A DNA stretch of 32,000 nt from Ruminococcus albus 7 = DSM 20455. Its GTDB lineage: Bacteria; Bacillota; Clostridia; Oscillospirales; Ruminococcaceae. Where the stretch lies: contig NC_014833.1 in NCBI RefSeq assembly GCF_000179635.2, forward strand, positions 1,260,001 to 1,292,000, given 5' to 3'. The notes beneath the pieces are model-generated. The model searched no databases and was not told the DNA's origin. It worked only from the letters and a program-made list of their open reading frames with translations. How positions within the stretch are numbered: position 1 is the first letter of the stretch; each line of letters begins with the position of its first letter. This document shows, one piece after another, positions 1 to 11,100 of the stretch. Made by a program: the position numbers and the translations under genes.

Positions 1-2
1 TG

Positions 3-257
3 GCAGGATTCTATGAATGTGCTGACTATGATATTGCTGAGAATGAATTTTACAGTGAATGCAACGCCGCAGATATGGATGATATAAAGGATATTGGCAA
101 TAATGTGCAGTCGGCTGAAAAAACATCCGGCAATAACTACTCACTGTATATCAGGGTGGGGAAGACCTGCCTGATGATGACAGGTCCCACAGAAAGATCT
201 GATGAAATGAAAGACCTCGCCGCTAAGCTGGGGTATAGTGATGGGAAAAAGAAGTAG
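3..257 (+). CDS. hypothetical protein, C-terminal part (5-prime end outside window)
   Basis: Frame 3 is open from the window edge (gca gga ttc tat ...) to the stop at 255-257. The first in-frame ATG is at 75. No motif recognised. Confidence 0.35.
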   Translation, partial: AGFYECADYDIAENEFYSECNAADMDDIKDIGNNVQSAEKTSGNNYSLYIRVGKTCLMMTGPTERSDEMKDLAAKLGYSDGKKK

Positions 258-296
258 ATGTCAGCTCGTCAGATCATTACAGAAAGGAAGTAAAAT

Positions 297-1874
297 ATGA
301 GCGAAGAAATAAAGAACAATGCTCCTGAGGAAGAAGAACTTACTCAGGAACAGGTGAATGAATATAAGAAGATAAGAATGGAAAAGCTGAAGGCTTTGCA
401 GGACGAGGGTGCTGACCCTTTCCAGATCACCAAGTATGATGTGACTGCAAGCTGCGAGGATGCCAAGGCTATCTATGAGAAGACCGAGGCTGAGTGCAAG
501 ACTCAGGCAGGTGAGGACGAGGAAACTCTGGCTGCCAAGCTGGAGGAGAACCGCGTTCGCGTTTCCATCGCAGGACGTATTATGTCCAAGAGAATGATGG
601 GTAAGGCAAGCTTCATGGATCTCAGAGACAAGAGCGGCAAGATACAGCTCTATGTCAGGATGAACGAGGTCGGCAAGGAAGCTTTTGACCGTTACGTAAA
701 GAAGGGCGACATTGGTGATATCGTCGGCATTACAGGCTTTGTTTTCAGAACAAGGATGGGCGAGATATCCGTTCATGCTGAAAGCTTTACTCTGCTTTCC
801 AAGAACCTGCAGCCCCTGCCCGAAAAGTGGCATGGTCTGAAGGATCAGGATACAAGATACAGACAGCGTTACACTGACCTGATATGCAACCCCGAGGTCA
901 AGGATACTTTCATCAAGAGATCCAAGATCATCTCCACTATCAGAAGATATCTGGACGAAAGGGGATTCATGGAGGTCGAGACCCCCATGCTGGTAAGCAA
1001 CGCAGGCGGTGCTGCTGCAAGACCTTTCGAGACGCATTACAATGCTCTTGACGAGGACGTTAAGCTGAGAATATCTCTCGAACTCTACCTCAAGAGACTT
1101 ATCGTTGGCGGACTTGAAAGAGTTTACGAGATCGGCAGAGTTTTCAGAAACGAGGGCGTTGACGCAAGACATAACCCCGAGTTCACACTTATGGAGCTTT
1201 ATCAGGCATACACTGATTATCACGGCATGATGGATCTGACAGAGGATATGTTCAGACATCTGGCTGAAACTGTCTGCGGCGGTACAACTATACCCTATGG
1301 CGAACATCAGATAGACCTGGGCAAGCCTTTCGAGAGACTGACCATGATCGAGGCAGTTAAGAAGTATGCAGGCGTTGATTTCAATGAGATCAAGACCACT
1401 GAGGAAGCAAAGGCACTGGCTAAGGAAAAGCACATAGAGTTTGAAGACAGGCACAAGAGGGGAGATATCCTCAATCTGTTCTTTGAAGAGTATGTTGAGG
1501 AGCACCTCATCCAGCCTACTTTCATAATGGATCACCCCATCGAGATCAGCCCCCTGACCAAGAAGAAGCCTGATGCGCCCGATTATGTTGAGCGTTTTGA
1601 GCTGTTCATCAATGGCTGGGAGATGTGCAACGCATACAGTGAGCTGAATGATCCGATCGATCAGCGCGAGCGTTTCAAGGCACAGGAAGAAGCTCTCAGC
1701 AACGGCGACGAAGAAGCAAACCGCACCGACGAAGACTTCCTGCGTGCGCTGGAGATAGGTATGCCTCCTACGGGCGGTATCGGCTACGGCATCGACAGAC
1801 TCGTTATGCTGCTGACAAATTCACCAGCTATCAGAGATGTACTGCTGTTCCCGACGATGAAGAGCATCGACTGA
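297..1874 (+). CDS. lysS: lysine--tRNA ligase (class II)
   Basis: 525-aa ORF with RBS gaaaggaag upstream of the ATG. It has an OB-fold anticodon-binding segment (VSIAGRIMSKRMMGKASFMDLRDKSGKIQLY). Class II motif 2 region is RVYEIGRVFRNEGVDARHNPEFTLMELYQAY and motif 3 region is GGIGYGIDRLVMLLT. Confidence 0.97.
   Translation: MSEEIKNNAPEEEELTQEQVNEYKKIRMEKLKALQDEGADPFQITKYDVTASCEDAKAIYEKTEAECKTQAGEDEETLAAKLEENRVRVSIAGRIMSKRMMGKASFMDLRDKSGKIQLYVRMNEVGKEAFDRYVKKGDIGDIVGITGFVFRTRMGEISVHAESFTLLSKNLQPLPEKWHGLKDQDTRYRQRYTDLICNPEVKDTFIKRSKIISTIRRYLDERGFMEVETPMLVSNAGGAAARPFETHYNALDEDVKLRISLELYLKRLIVGGLERVYEIGRVFRNEGVDARHNPEFTLMELYQAYTDYHGMMDLTEDMFRHLAETVCGGTTIPYGEHQIDLGKPFERLTMIEAVKKYAGVDFNEIKTTEEAKALAKEKHIEFEDRHKRGDILNLFFEEYVEEHLIQPTFIMDHPIEISPLTKKKPDAPDYVERFELFINGWEMCNAYSELNDPIDQRERFKAQEEALSNGDEEANRTDEDFLRALEIGMPPTGGIGYGIDRLVMLLTNSPAIRDVLLFPTMKSID
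1848..1872 (+). repeat. attL core: 25-bp direct repeat covering the last 8 codons of lysS
   Basis: ttcccgacgatgaagagcatcgact is repeated exactly at 21043-21067. Here it is followed by the stop TGA; the other copy is followed by TAA. Degenerate similarity continues for about 30 nt downstream of both copies. Confidence 0.8.
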
Positions 1875-1918
1875 GAAACGGCGTAAATACGCGGGGTTTA
1901 TGACCCGGCAAGCAAGAT

Positions 1919-1938
1919 TTACGACCAACTTACGACCG
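1919..1938 (+). repeat. arm-type integrase binding repeats (TTACGACC x2), left arm
   Basis: ttacgaccaacttacgaccg is identical to 20909-20928 next to the integrase gene. It lies about 45 bp inside the left core repeat. Confidence 0.55.
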
Positions 1939-1969
1939 AATTGTTGAGGACACGTTTGATAGAAAAAAA

Positions 1970-2016
1970 AATCCCGAAGCTGACTATGGTGGTTGGCTTC
2001 GGGATTATCTTTTCTC
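1970..2016. terminator. rho-independent terminator downstream of lysS (A-run/T-run flanked, possibly bidirectional)
   Basis: 11-bp perfect stem aatcccgaagc (1970-1980) / gcttcgggatt (1996-2006). It is preceded by an A-run and followed by the T-rich atcttttct. Confidence 0.8.
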
Positions 2017-2138
2017 GTAATTTTATCTTTCATCTACAAGATTAAATATCTTCTTGCCCTGTTTCTCCGCATATCATATCGTTGCATAAGCTCCACTGCT
2101 TTTGTGCTGTGATTTCCGTCCTTTTATTCTATTTCTAC

Positions 2139-2167
2139 TTGAAAAAACGTAGCTGTTGTGCTATAAT
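2139..2167 (+). promoter_or_regulatory. sigma-A type promoter of the SNF2/DUF4391/mod/res operon
   Basis: -35 TTGAAA (2139-2144), a 17-nt spacer ending in the TGTGc -16 motif, and -10 TATAAT (2162-2167). Confidence 0.6.
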
Positions 2168-2264
2168 AGTATTGATTATACAGAATTTATGAATTATGGT
2201 TAATACTCATATTCTATCTGTTATATTCTGGAAATAATTCCTTAGTCCGAATGAGGTGATGTAG

Positions 2265-5200
2265 GTGGAAATCTTCAACAATACTACGAAAACAGTGGGT
2301 GATGATCTTAAATCTTGCATTAATGCAGGTAATCGCATTGCAATTGCTGCGGCCTGTTTTTCTATCTATGCCTATCAGGAGCTTTGCGAACAACTTGAAT
2401 CATGTGAAGAACTTCGTTTTATTTTTACGTCTCCGACATTCATTGCAGAGAAAACTAAGTCCGAACGTCGGGAATTCTATATTCCACGTCTTGGTAGAGA
2501 ACGAAGCCTTTATGGTACAGAGTTTGAAGTGCGACTTCGTAATGAACTCAAACAAAAGGCAGTCGCAAAAGAGTGTGCTGACTGGATGCGCCGTAAGGTA
2601 AAATTTAAGTCAAATACAACTCGTGAAGGGATGAACAATCTTTTACTTGTCGAGGGTGATTCAGACATTTTTACTTATATGCCTATGAACACCTTTACAA
2701 CTGTTGATCTTGGATGCGAACGAGGAAATAATCTTACGAATATGGTAACTCGACTTGAAAATCCTGCAAGTTCAGAGTTTTTGCGAATGTTTGATTCTAT
2801 ATGGAATGATGCCGACAAGCTGAAAGACGTAACGGAAGATGTAATCGAAATGATTTCGACTGTCTATCAGGAGAATGCACCTGAGCTTGTGTACTTTATG
2901 ACACTGTATAATATCTTCAGCGAATTTCTTGATGATATCTCAGAGGACGTTTTGCCAAATGAAGCAACAGGATTCAAAGATAGTGTAATATGGAACAAGC
3001 TGTTTCATTTTCAGAAAGATGCTACTCTTGCGATCATCAATAAATTAGAGCAGTTTAACGGCTGTATTCTTGCAGATAGCGTTGGACTTGGAAAGACCTT
3101 TACAGCATTAGCGGTTATCAAGTATTATGAGGGACGTAATAAAAATGTCTTAGTACTATGTCCTAAAAAGTTGTCTGAAAACTGGATGACCTATCGAGGC
3201 AACCTTATCAACAATCCATTAGCGGCAGACCGCCTCCGTTATGACATTCTTTATCATACAGATTTGTCTCGTGACAGCGGTGACACCGTTATTGGATTAC
3301 CGATTGATCGGATAAACTGGGGCAATTATGATCTTGTTGTGATTGATGAGAGCCATAATTTCCGAAATGGTAATGGTACTAACAGCAAGGGCGGCGAAAA
3401 AGAAAATCGTTATATGCGCCTTATGAATCGTGTTATTAAGCCTGGCGTTAAAACGAAAGTTCTGATGCTCTCTGCAACTCCTGTCAATAACCGTTTCTAT
3501 GATTTACGCAATCAATTAGCCTTGGCTTATGAAGGAGAACCAGAAGAATTCAGCGATAAACTCAAGACAAAATCGGATATTGATACAATTTTTCGTCAAG
3601 CGCAAACGGTATATAATGCGTGGTGCAAACTTCCGGAAGAACAGCGTACAACTGCTACACTGTTATCAAGGCTGGACTTTGACTTCTTTGAGGTACTCGA
3701 TAGTGTTACAATAGCGCGCTCAAGGAAACATATCCAAACATATTATGATGTTTCAGATATTGGCACATTTCCAAAACGTAACAAGCCTATTACTTTACGT
3801 CCGAAACTTACAAATAAGCCAAAAGCAATTAACTACAAAGAAGTTTATGAGTTGCTTTCAAATTTGCAGTTGACGATCTATACGCCTACAATTTACATAC
3901 AGCCAAGTAAAATATCAAAATATCTTGATGAGGATGAAACTGAAAATTTCCGAAAAGGGCGAGAACTCGGCATCCAACGGTTGATGAAAATCAACCTGCT
4001 GAAACGAATGGAAAGTTCAGTTCATTCGTTCTTGCTTACTGTACGTCGCATTCACGACTTTTTACACGATACATCAGAGATTATTTCAAAATTTATGAAA
4101 ACTGGAATAGGTAACCTCGATGAAATGCGTGATCTTTTAAGTACAACTAATGATTTTGACTTTGATGACCAAAATACCGACTTCTTTAGTGTTGGTAAGA
4201 AAGTAAAGATTGACATTCGTGATATGGATTATATTAGTTGGAAGCGCGATATAGATAATGATATTGAAAATCTCCAACTACTGATTTTTATGGTTGAAGA
4301 TATCACTCCGGAGTATGATTACAAGTTGAATGAGCTGTTTCGAGTGATAAAAGAGAAGATAGCTCACCCCATCAACCCCGAAAACAAGAAAATAATAATA
4401 TTTACAGCATTTGCGGATACTGCTGAGTACTTGTATGATAATGTGAGCAAAATGGCATTATCTGAACTTGGACTGCATACAGCACTTGTGACAGGTTCTG
4501 TTGACGGGAAAACTACGATTTCAAAATTCAAAGCAGATATGAACCACGTTCTGACCTGCTTCTCTCCTCTATCCAAAGATAAAGCCGTACTGTATCCAAA
4601 TGAATCGGCGGAAATAGATATACTCATAGCAACTGACTGTATCTCTGAAGGTCAGAACTTGCAGGACTGCGATTATTGCATTAACTATGACATTCATTGG
4701 AATCCAGTACGTATTATTCAACGTTTTGGACGTATCGACCGAATTGGTAGTCGTAATGCCGTGATACAACTTGTGAATTTTTGGCCCGATCTTGACCTTG
4801 ATGAATATATCAATTTGAAATCCCGTGTGGAAACACGAATGCGTATTTCTGTTATGACGTCTACTGGTGATGATGACCTAATAAATCAGGAGGAAAAGGG
4901 CGATCTCGAATACCGACGCAATCAGCTTAAGCGCTTGCAGGAAGAAGTTGTTGACCTTGAAGATATGACAAATGGCATTTCTATTATGGATTTAGGACTT
5001 AATGAATTCAGAATGGATCTGCTTGCATATATGAAAGAACATGAAGATATCGATCACACGCCGTTCGGCATCCATGCTGTTGTAAAAGGCGAAAAACCGG
5101 GCGTTATATTCGTGATGAAAAATGTCAATGAGCATATAAACATTGAGAATCAGAACCGCCTGCACCCATTTTATATGGTATATGTCAGCATGGACGGCGA

Positions 5201-5495
5201 GGTGATCACAAATCACTTGCAGCCCAAAGATACGCTTGATATCATGAGACATCTTGCAAAAGGAAAGACACAGCCAGACAAGCACCTCTGTGATAAATTC
5301 AATAAAGCAACAAACAACGGTAAAAACATGGCTAAAATCTCGCAGTTACTGGAGGATTCAATCATGTCTATCATTGATGCAAAGGACGAGAGCGACATTG
5401 ACAGCTTCTTCGGAGGAGGACAGACCACATTCCTTTCAGGAGGATTCTCAGGACTGGATGATTTCGAGCTGATATGTTTCATGGTGGTGATTTGA
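2265..5495 (+). CDS. SNF2-family (SF2) helicase/ATPase, 1076 aa, with N- and C-terminal extensions of unknown function
   Basis: GTG start after RBS gaggtg. Helicase motif I is ILADSVGLGKTFTA, motif II is VVIDESHNFRN and motif VI is QRFGRIDRIGS. About 250 aa N-terminal and 300 aa C-terminal have no motif I recognise. Confidence 0.9.
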   Translation: MEIFNNTTKTVGDDLKSCINAGNRIAIAAACFSIYAYQELCEQLESCEELRFIFTSPTFIAEKTKSERREFYIPRLGRERSLYGTEFEVRLRNELKQKAVAKECADWMRRKVKFKSNTTREGMNNLLLVEGDSDIFTYMPMNTFTTVDLGCERGNNLTNMVTRLENPASSEFLRMFDSIWNDADKLKDVTEDVIEMISTVYQENAPELVYFMTLYNIFSEFLDDISEDVLPNEATGFKDSVIWNKLFHFQKDATLAIINKLEQFNGCILADSVGLGKTFTALAVIKYYEGRNKNVLVLCPKKLSENWMTYRGNLINNPLAADRLRYDILYHTDLSRDSGDTVIGLPIDRINWGNYDLVVIDESHNFRNGNGTNSKGGEKENRYMRLMNRVIKPGVKTKVLMLSATPVNNRFYDLRNQLALAYEGEPEEFSDKLKTKSDIDTIFRQAQTVYNAWCKLPEEQRTTATLLSRLDFDFFEVLDSVTIARSRKHIQTYYDVSDIGTFPKRNKPITLRPKLTNKPKAINYKEVYELLSNLQLTIYTPTIYIQPSKISKYLDEDETENFRKGRELGIQRLMKINLLKRMESSVHSFLLTVRRIHDFLHDTSEIISKFMKTGIGNLDEMRDLLSTTNDFDFDDQNTDFFSVGKKVKIDIRDMDYISWKRDIDNDIENLQLLIFMVEDITPEYDYKLNELFRVIKEKIAHPINPENKKIIIFTAFADTAEYLYDNVSKMALSELGLHTALVTGSVDGKTTISKFKADMNHVLTCFSPLSKDKAVLYPNESAEIDILIATDCISEGQNLQDCDYCINYDIHWNPVRIIQRFGRIDRIGSRNAVIQLVNFWPDLDLDEYINLKSRVETRMRISVMTSTGDDDLINQEEKGDLEYRRNQLKRLQEEVVDLEDMTNGISIMDLGLNEFRMDLLAYMKEHEDIDHTPFGIHAVVKGEKPGVIFVMKNVNEHINIENQNRLHPFYMVYVSMDGEVITNHLQPKDTLDIMRHLAKGKTQPDKHLCDKFNKATNNGKNMAKISQLLEDSIMSIIDAKDESDIDSFFGGGQTTFLSGGFSGLDDFELICFMVVI

Positions 5496-5496
5496 T

Positions 5497-6129
5497 ATGA
5501 TTGAGTTTCCAAGTGCAACGGTGGTAGGCAGAAGACTTCCGAAGGAGGCGTTCTATAAGCACTTGCCACTGACCAAGCCATTGAAAGACAAATTTGTGTC
5601 TGATGTTGAACGTATTGTAGTAGAAAACAGCTTGACCAAAAGTAATCTGAATTTGAACGATGATGCGGAAATCAACGAAATTATGCTGTTATCTATCACG
5701 TTAAAAAAACAGGAATTTGACGGCAAGGTAGTTGAAGCAATCGCAAGGCAGAATCAGCACAAACTGATTTTTCTTCTAATTTATGAAAATAGTTATCAGC
5801 TTGCATTGTATCATAGCAAGTTATACCGCACTTCATGGATGCAGAAAGATCAGGTTTCCCTGAGACCGCAGGGCTTTTCGCTTGACGAGATATGGAACTG
5901 CTTTATTGAGCAAATAGCACTGTTTGCTGAACAGGCTGAAAATATCCGAACACTCTCTATTGAGGAACGCCTGGCTTTACAAGAGAAAATACAGAAACTC
6001 GAAAAGCAGATACAGAAAACTGAAACTGCTGCCTGGAAAGAACAGCAGCCTAAGAAACAATTTGCATTATACACGAAATTACGTGAATATCAAAAACAAT
6101 TGGAGGAACTGAAACATGGACAAGCTTAA
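5497..6129 (+). CDS. DUF4391-like protein with C-terminal coiled coil
   Basis: The ATG lies 1 nt after the SNF2 stop (tgatATG). The N-terminal pattern FPSATVVGRRLPKEAFYKH ... INEIMLLSITLK ... KLIFLLIY matches my recollection of DUF4391. The C-terminus is a Q/E/K-rich coiled coil. The family assignment is from memory only. Confidence 0.65.
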   Translation: MIEFPSATVVGRRLPKEAFYKHLPLTKPLKDKFVSDVERIVVENSLTKSNLNLNDDAEINEIMLLSITLKKQEFDGKVVEAIARQNQHKLIFLLIYENSYQLALYHSKLYRTSWMQKDQVSLRPQGFSLDEIWNCFIEQIALFAEQAENIRTLSIEERLALQEKIQKLEKQIQKTETAAWKEQQPKKQFALYTKLREYQKQLEELKHGQA

Positions 6130-8167
6130 AATGCACACGCCCGATCTGGCGGATGAGAACTTTAAAAAGCTGGCATCGCTGTTCCCGAACGCTGTTACCG
6201 AAACAATTACAGGCTACGATGCAGATGGTAATGCAATCGTTGAACGTGCCATTGATGCAGATGTATTGCGACAGGAAATTTCTGCAACCGTCGTTGAGGG
6301 TGCGCAGGAGCGTTATCAGTTCACATGGCCTGATAAAAAGAAATCCATAGTGCTTGCCAATCAGCCGATTGCAAAGACGCTTCGCCTTGACCGTAAGAAG
6401 TCCGTTGGCAGAGACGGCACACCGGGTAGTATTGATACCGAGAACATCTATATCGAGGGTGACAACCTTGATGCTTTGAAGCTCTTGCAGGAAACATACC
6501 TTGGCAAGGTGAAGATGATTTATATTGATCCGCCCTACAACACCGGAAATGATTTTATCTATGAGGATGATTTTTCGCTGGATACAGGCGAGTATCTGGG
6601 AAACAGTGGGCAGTTTGACGAAGAAGGAAACCGCCTTGTACAGAACACGGAAAGCAACGGGCGGTTTCATACAGACTGGCTTAATATGATGTACCCGCGT
6701 CTAAGAATTGCTAAGGATTTACTGTCTGAGGACGGGGCGATTTTTATATCAATAGACGAACATGAAGTCGGTAATTTAAGAAAAATGTGTGATGAAGTGT
6801 TCGGCGGTGCTTGCTTTGTTTCTGATGTTGCATGGCAGCGCACTTATTCAATGAGAAATGATGTAAAAGGTATCGCTGCTGAAATTGAACATGTTTTAGT
6901 TTATGGGAAACAACCTGCCTGGCAACCCAAAAAACTCGCAAGAACAGAAAAAATGGATTCAAAATATAAAAATCCAGATAATGACCCTCGTGGCGCATGG
7001 AGAAATATCGTAGCGAGCGCTCCCAATGCAGCAACGCATCAAGGCATGGTATATGCAATTCAAAATCCTATTACGGGAGAATATGCATATCCGCCTCAAG
7101 GAAGGTGCTGGAGCTTAGGTCAAGATTTTATGCTTAATGCGATGAATCAGTGGTGCGATTATGAATTAAAAAACATTCACGATGATGAAAGAAGAGCAGA
7201 AGTTTGCGGCGTAAGTACGGCTGAAGTAAGAAAAGATGTTCTTGCAATTGTGTTGAAAGGCGCTTTAGCTGAGGCAAAACAAAAAGCTTTAGCAAAGTAT
7301 CAAGGAGTTTTACCCGAGTTTTTCTTTTCCAAAAAAGGTGAAGGAACTTTAAGCAGAAAAGCCTATATAAACGAAGTTGCTGGAAGACCTGTAACGAATT
7401 TCTGGTCATTTGAAGAAACTGGACATACTGATGAAGCATCCAGATTACTGAAAGAATTATTTGATGGTACAACAGTTTTTGATACGCCAAAACCTGTTCG
7501 CCTTTTAGACAGAATCATAACCATTGCGACAAATACCGAAGATGTAGTGCTAGATTTCTTCTCTGGATCGGGAACTACTGCGGAATCACTTTTGAAAATG
7601 AATATGTCTGATAGCGGAAATAGAAAGTATATTCTAGTTCAAATTAATGAAGAAACGCGGTTGCCTAGTTATGCTAATCTCTGTGAAATCGGAGAAGAAC
7701 GAATCCGCCGTGCCGGAAAGAAGATCAAGGAAGAAAATCCGCTTACAACCGCAGACCTTGATATTGGGTTCCGTGTGTTCAAGGTTGACAGCAGTAACAT
7801 GGAGGACGTGTATTATCGCCCTGCTGACCTGAAACAAGACCAGATCATGATGAACATAGATAACGTCAAGGCAGACAGAACGCCGGAAGATCTGCTTTTT
7901 CAGTCGATGCTCGACCTCGGCATTCTGCTTTCCTCTGAAATCGAAGAAACGGAATTTGCCGGAAAGAAGGTCTTTTCCGTTGCAGGTGGCTACCTGATTG
8001 CCTGCTTTGATTTTGAGATCACTGAGGAAACTGTTACGGAGATTGCAAAGAAAAAGCCTTTCTATGCTGTTTTCCGTGATGCAGGCTATGCAAATGACAG
8101 CGTTGCCACGAACTTTGAGCAGATTTTTGAAACCTATAGCCCGAAAACCAAGAGGAAGGTACTGTAA
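6116..8167 (+). CDS. mod: Type III restriction-modification DNA methyltransferase (Mod, beta-class N6-adenine/N4-cytosine)
   Basis: The start overlaps the upstream gene by 14 nt. Motif IV IYIDPPYNTGNDF precedes motif I VVLDFFSGSGTTAE, the beta-class permutation typical of Type III Mod. A variable middle region is the putative target-recognition domain. Confidence 0.92.
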   Translation: MDKLKMHTPDLADENFKKLASLFPNAVTETITGYDADGNAIVERAIDADVLRQEISATVVEGAQERYQFTWPDKKKSIVLANQPIAKTLRLDRKKSVGRDGTPGSIDTENIYIEGDNLDALKLLQETYLGKVKMIYIDPPYNTGNDFIYEDDFSLDTGEYLGNSGQFDEEGNRLVQNTESNGRFHTDWLNMMYPRLRIAKDLLSEDGAIFISIDEHEVGNLRKMCDEVFGGACFVSDVAWQRTYSMRNDVKGIAAEIEHVLVYGKQPAWQPKKLARTEKMDSKYKNPDNDPRGAWRNIVASAPNAATHQGMVYAIQNPITGEYAYPPQGRCWSLGQDFMLNAMNQWCDYELKNIHDDERRAEVCGVSTAEVRKDVLAIVLKGALAEAKQKALAKYQGVLPEFFFSKKGEGTLSRKAYINEVAGRPVTNFWSFEETGHTDEASRLLKELFDGTTVFDTPKPVRLLDRIITIATNTEDVVLDFFSGSGTTAESLLKMNMSDSGNRKYILVQINEETRLPSYANLCEIGEERIRRAGKKIKEENPLTTADLDIGFRVFKVDSSNMEDVYYRPADLKQDQIMMNIDNVKADRTPEDLLFQSMLDLGILLSSEIEETEFAGKKVFSVAGGYLIACFDFEITEETVTEIAKKKPFYAVFRDAGYANDSVATNFEQIFETYSPKTKRKVL

Positions 8168-11100
8168 TGGCTGACATGAAATTCAAATTTACCATACAGC
8201 CCTATCAGACAGAGGCTGTAGAAAGCGTCGTGAACGTATTTGCAGGTCAGTCTTTTAATGACCGTTTCACATATCGCAGAGATGTGGAAGTAGAACGCAC
8301 TCTTCTGAATGCACAGAAGTCTGACGAAGAATTGTATATGGGCTTCGCAAATGCCCGTGTGCAACTTGATGGGACTCAGCTCCTTGCAAATATCCGAAAA
8401 ATACAGGGCAGAAACAATATCAAGCTGTCCGATTCTCTGACAACCAAGCTCGGCTGCTGTTCTCTTGACGTAGAAATGGAAACAGGAACTGGAAAGACCT
8501 ATGTTTACATCAAAACGATGTTTGAACTGAACAAGCGTTACGGCTGGAGCAAATTCATTGTCGTTGTACCGAGCATTGCAATCCGCGAGGGAGTCCGCAA
8601 GAGCTTTGACGTAATGCAGGAGCATTTCCATGAGCAATACGGCAAAAAGGCGCGGTTCTTCGTTTACGATTCCAAAAACCTTTCCGAGATCGACGATTTC
8701 AGCCAAAGTGCAGATATTCATGTAATGATCATCAACACGCAGGCGTTCAATTCTTCGTTTAATGAGGCAAAGAATGTCGAGGGACGCAAGGGAGATGCCG
8801 CTGCAAGAATCATATTCTCCAAGCGTGATGATTTTAGTTCTCGCAGACCTATTGATGTGATTGCTGCGAATAACCCCATTATCATTATGGACGAACCTCA
8901 AAAAATGGGCGGTGACAAAACGCAGGCTGCACTGAAACAGTTCAAGCCGTTGTTTGTTTTGAATTATTCTGCCACCCATAAACAGCACCATGAGCTTGTC
9001 TATGTGCTGGATGCACTCGATGCCTATAATAAGCATTTGGTTAAGCGTATTGAAGTTAAGGGCTTTGATATTAAAAATCTGCGTGGTACTGACAGTTATC
9101 TGTACCTGTCAAGTATCATCATTTCTCCGAAAAAGCCCCCGATGGCTCGTATTGAATTTGAAATAGGCTATGATAAATCCATTAACAGAGAAACTCGTTT
9201 GCTGGGTGTGGACGATGATCTGTATTCCCTCTCAAAAAATATGAATCAATACCGTGGATATCGTATCAGCGAGATTGATCCTGTCCGAGGTATTGTGACT
9301 TTTACAAACGGTGAGATCATTCATTCAGGTGAAGTGCAGGGTGATGTTTCGGAATCTGATTTACGGCGTGTTCAGATCAGAGAAACGATACGCTCTCATT
9401 TTGAAAAGGAAAAAGAGCTTTTTGATAAGGGCATTAAATGCCTGTCTTTGTTCTTCATAGATGAGGTAGCAAAGTACCGCTGTTATGATGAAGACGGCAA
9501 TGAGGTCAATTCTGAATATGGTGAGATTTTTGAGCAGGAATATACCGACATACTGAATGAATATCTCACGCTGTTTGATACGCCATATGAGAAGTATCTT
9601 CGTTCTATTGAAGTTCATCAGACTCATGCCGGATATTTCAGTATTGATAAAAAGGGACGTAAGATAGATAGCTCTCTCAAGCGCGGCACTGATGAAAGTG
9701 ATGATATTTCTGCATATGATCTTATCTTGAAGGATAAGGAACGGTTACTCTCGTTCAATACGCCTGTTCGTTTTATTTTCTCACATTCCGCTCTCCGTGA
9801 AGGTTGGGATAACCCGAACGTTTTTCAGATTTGTACGCTGAAGCATGGCGGTAGTTCTCCTACGCAAAAGCGTCAGGAAGTCGGCAGAGGTCTACGCCTC
9901 TGCGTTAATCAAAACGGTGACCGAATGGACAGCGATACACTTGGGGATCTTGTGCAGCAGATCAATCAACTGACAGTTATCGCATCTGACGGTTACAGCG
10001 AATTTGTTGCTGATTTGCAGCGAGGTATCCGTGAAGATCTGTATGATCGCCCGACAAAGGCATCCGCAGAGTATTTCACCGGAAAGACACTTGTTTTGAA
10101 CGGACAGGATATTACAATTACCGAAAAACAAGGAAAGGATATCTATCGCTATCTTATCAAAAATGATTATATTGACGATGAAGATCATATCACCGATCAA
10201 TATCTTACTGATCTTGCCAATAGAGTTCTTGCATCGTTGCCGGAAAGCTGTATTGAAATCACTGAAGGGGTTCATGCTCTTGTGCAAAGCATCTATGATG
10301 AACACGCCCTTGATGACATGATTCGCAATGGTAACAGTACAACAATTCAGGAGAACGCACTGAATGATAATTTCTATAAAAAGGAATTTCAAACACTCTG
10401 GAATTATATCAACCATAAGTATGCCTACACTGTCGAATTCGACAGCGAGGAATTGATTAAAAAGGCTATTGCTTACCTTGACGAAAAAATGTTTGTTGCT
10501 AAACTTCAATATACAGTAACAACAGGTAAACAGGAAGATAAACTCAATAATGAAACGATAAAAACTGGCGCAGGCTTCTCTACTGAAAAAAGTAAGACCT
10601 ATACATTAGATAGAACTGAAGGCAGTTCTATCCCCTATGATCTTATTGGAGAAATTGCAGCCGGTGTAAAACTTACTCGACGTTCAACAGCAAGAATTCT
10701 GGCTGGTATAAAGCCTACTACATATGCGTATTATTGTAATAATCCAGAAGAGTTTATTTCAAAGGCAATTCGTTTGATTTTAGAGCAGAAAGCAACGATG
10801 ATTGTAGAGCATATTTCTTATAATCAAACTGATGGAACATATGATAGTGCTATATTCACTGCTGAAAAAAATAATGATTTTTCTAAGGCGTATAGAGCGC
10901 AAAAGCATATTCAGGATTATGTTTTTACAGACGGATATGCTAAAGACGGTCAAAGCGTTGAACGAAAATTTGTCGAAGACATTGATAAAGCTGATGAAGT
11001 TTGTGTTTACGCAAAACTTCCAAAGGGCTTTTCTATTCCTACACCTGTTGGAAACTATTCTCCTGACTGGGCAATTGCATTCCATGTAGGTATGGTGAAA

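Noticed and set aside
261-1535. 424-aa ORF on the minus strand
   Set aside because: It is entirely antisense to the unambiguous lysS gene, has no RBS, and its composition is Leu/Ser/Cys-rich as expected for a shadow frame.
2156-2168. Near-identical string tgtgctataata at 2156-2168, 13384-13396 (minus strand) and 30817-30829, considered as a dispersed repeat
   Set aside because: It is simply the Firmicute TRTGnTATAAT extended -10 consensus, and each copy sits at the right distance from a gene start. These are promoters, not a mobile repeat.
6116-8167. Search for simple-sequence repeats in mod that would indicate phase variation
   Set aside because: No homopolymer longer than about 6 nt and no tetra- or pentanucleotide tract was seen in mod or at its start.
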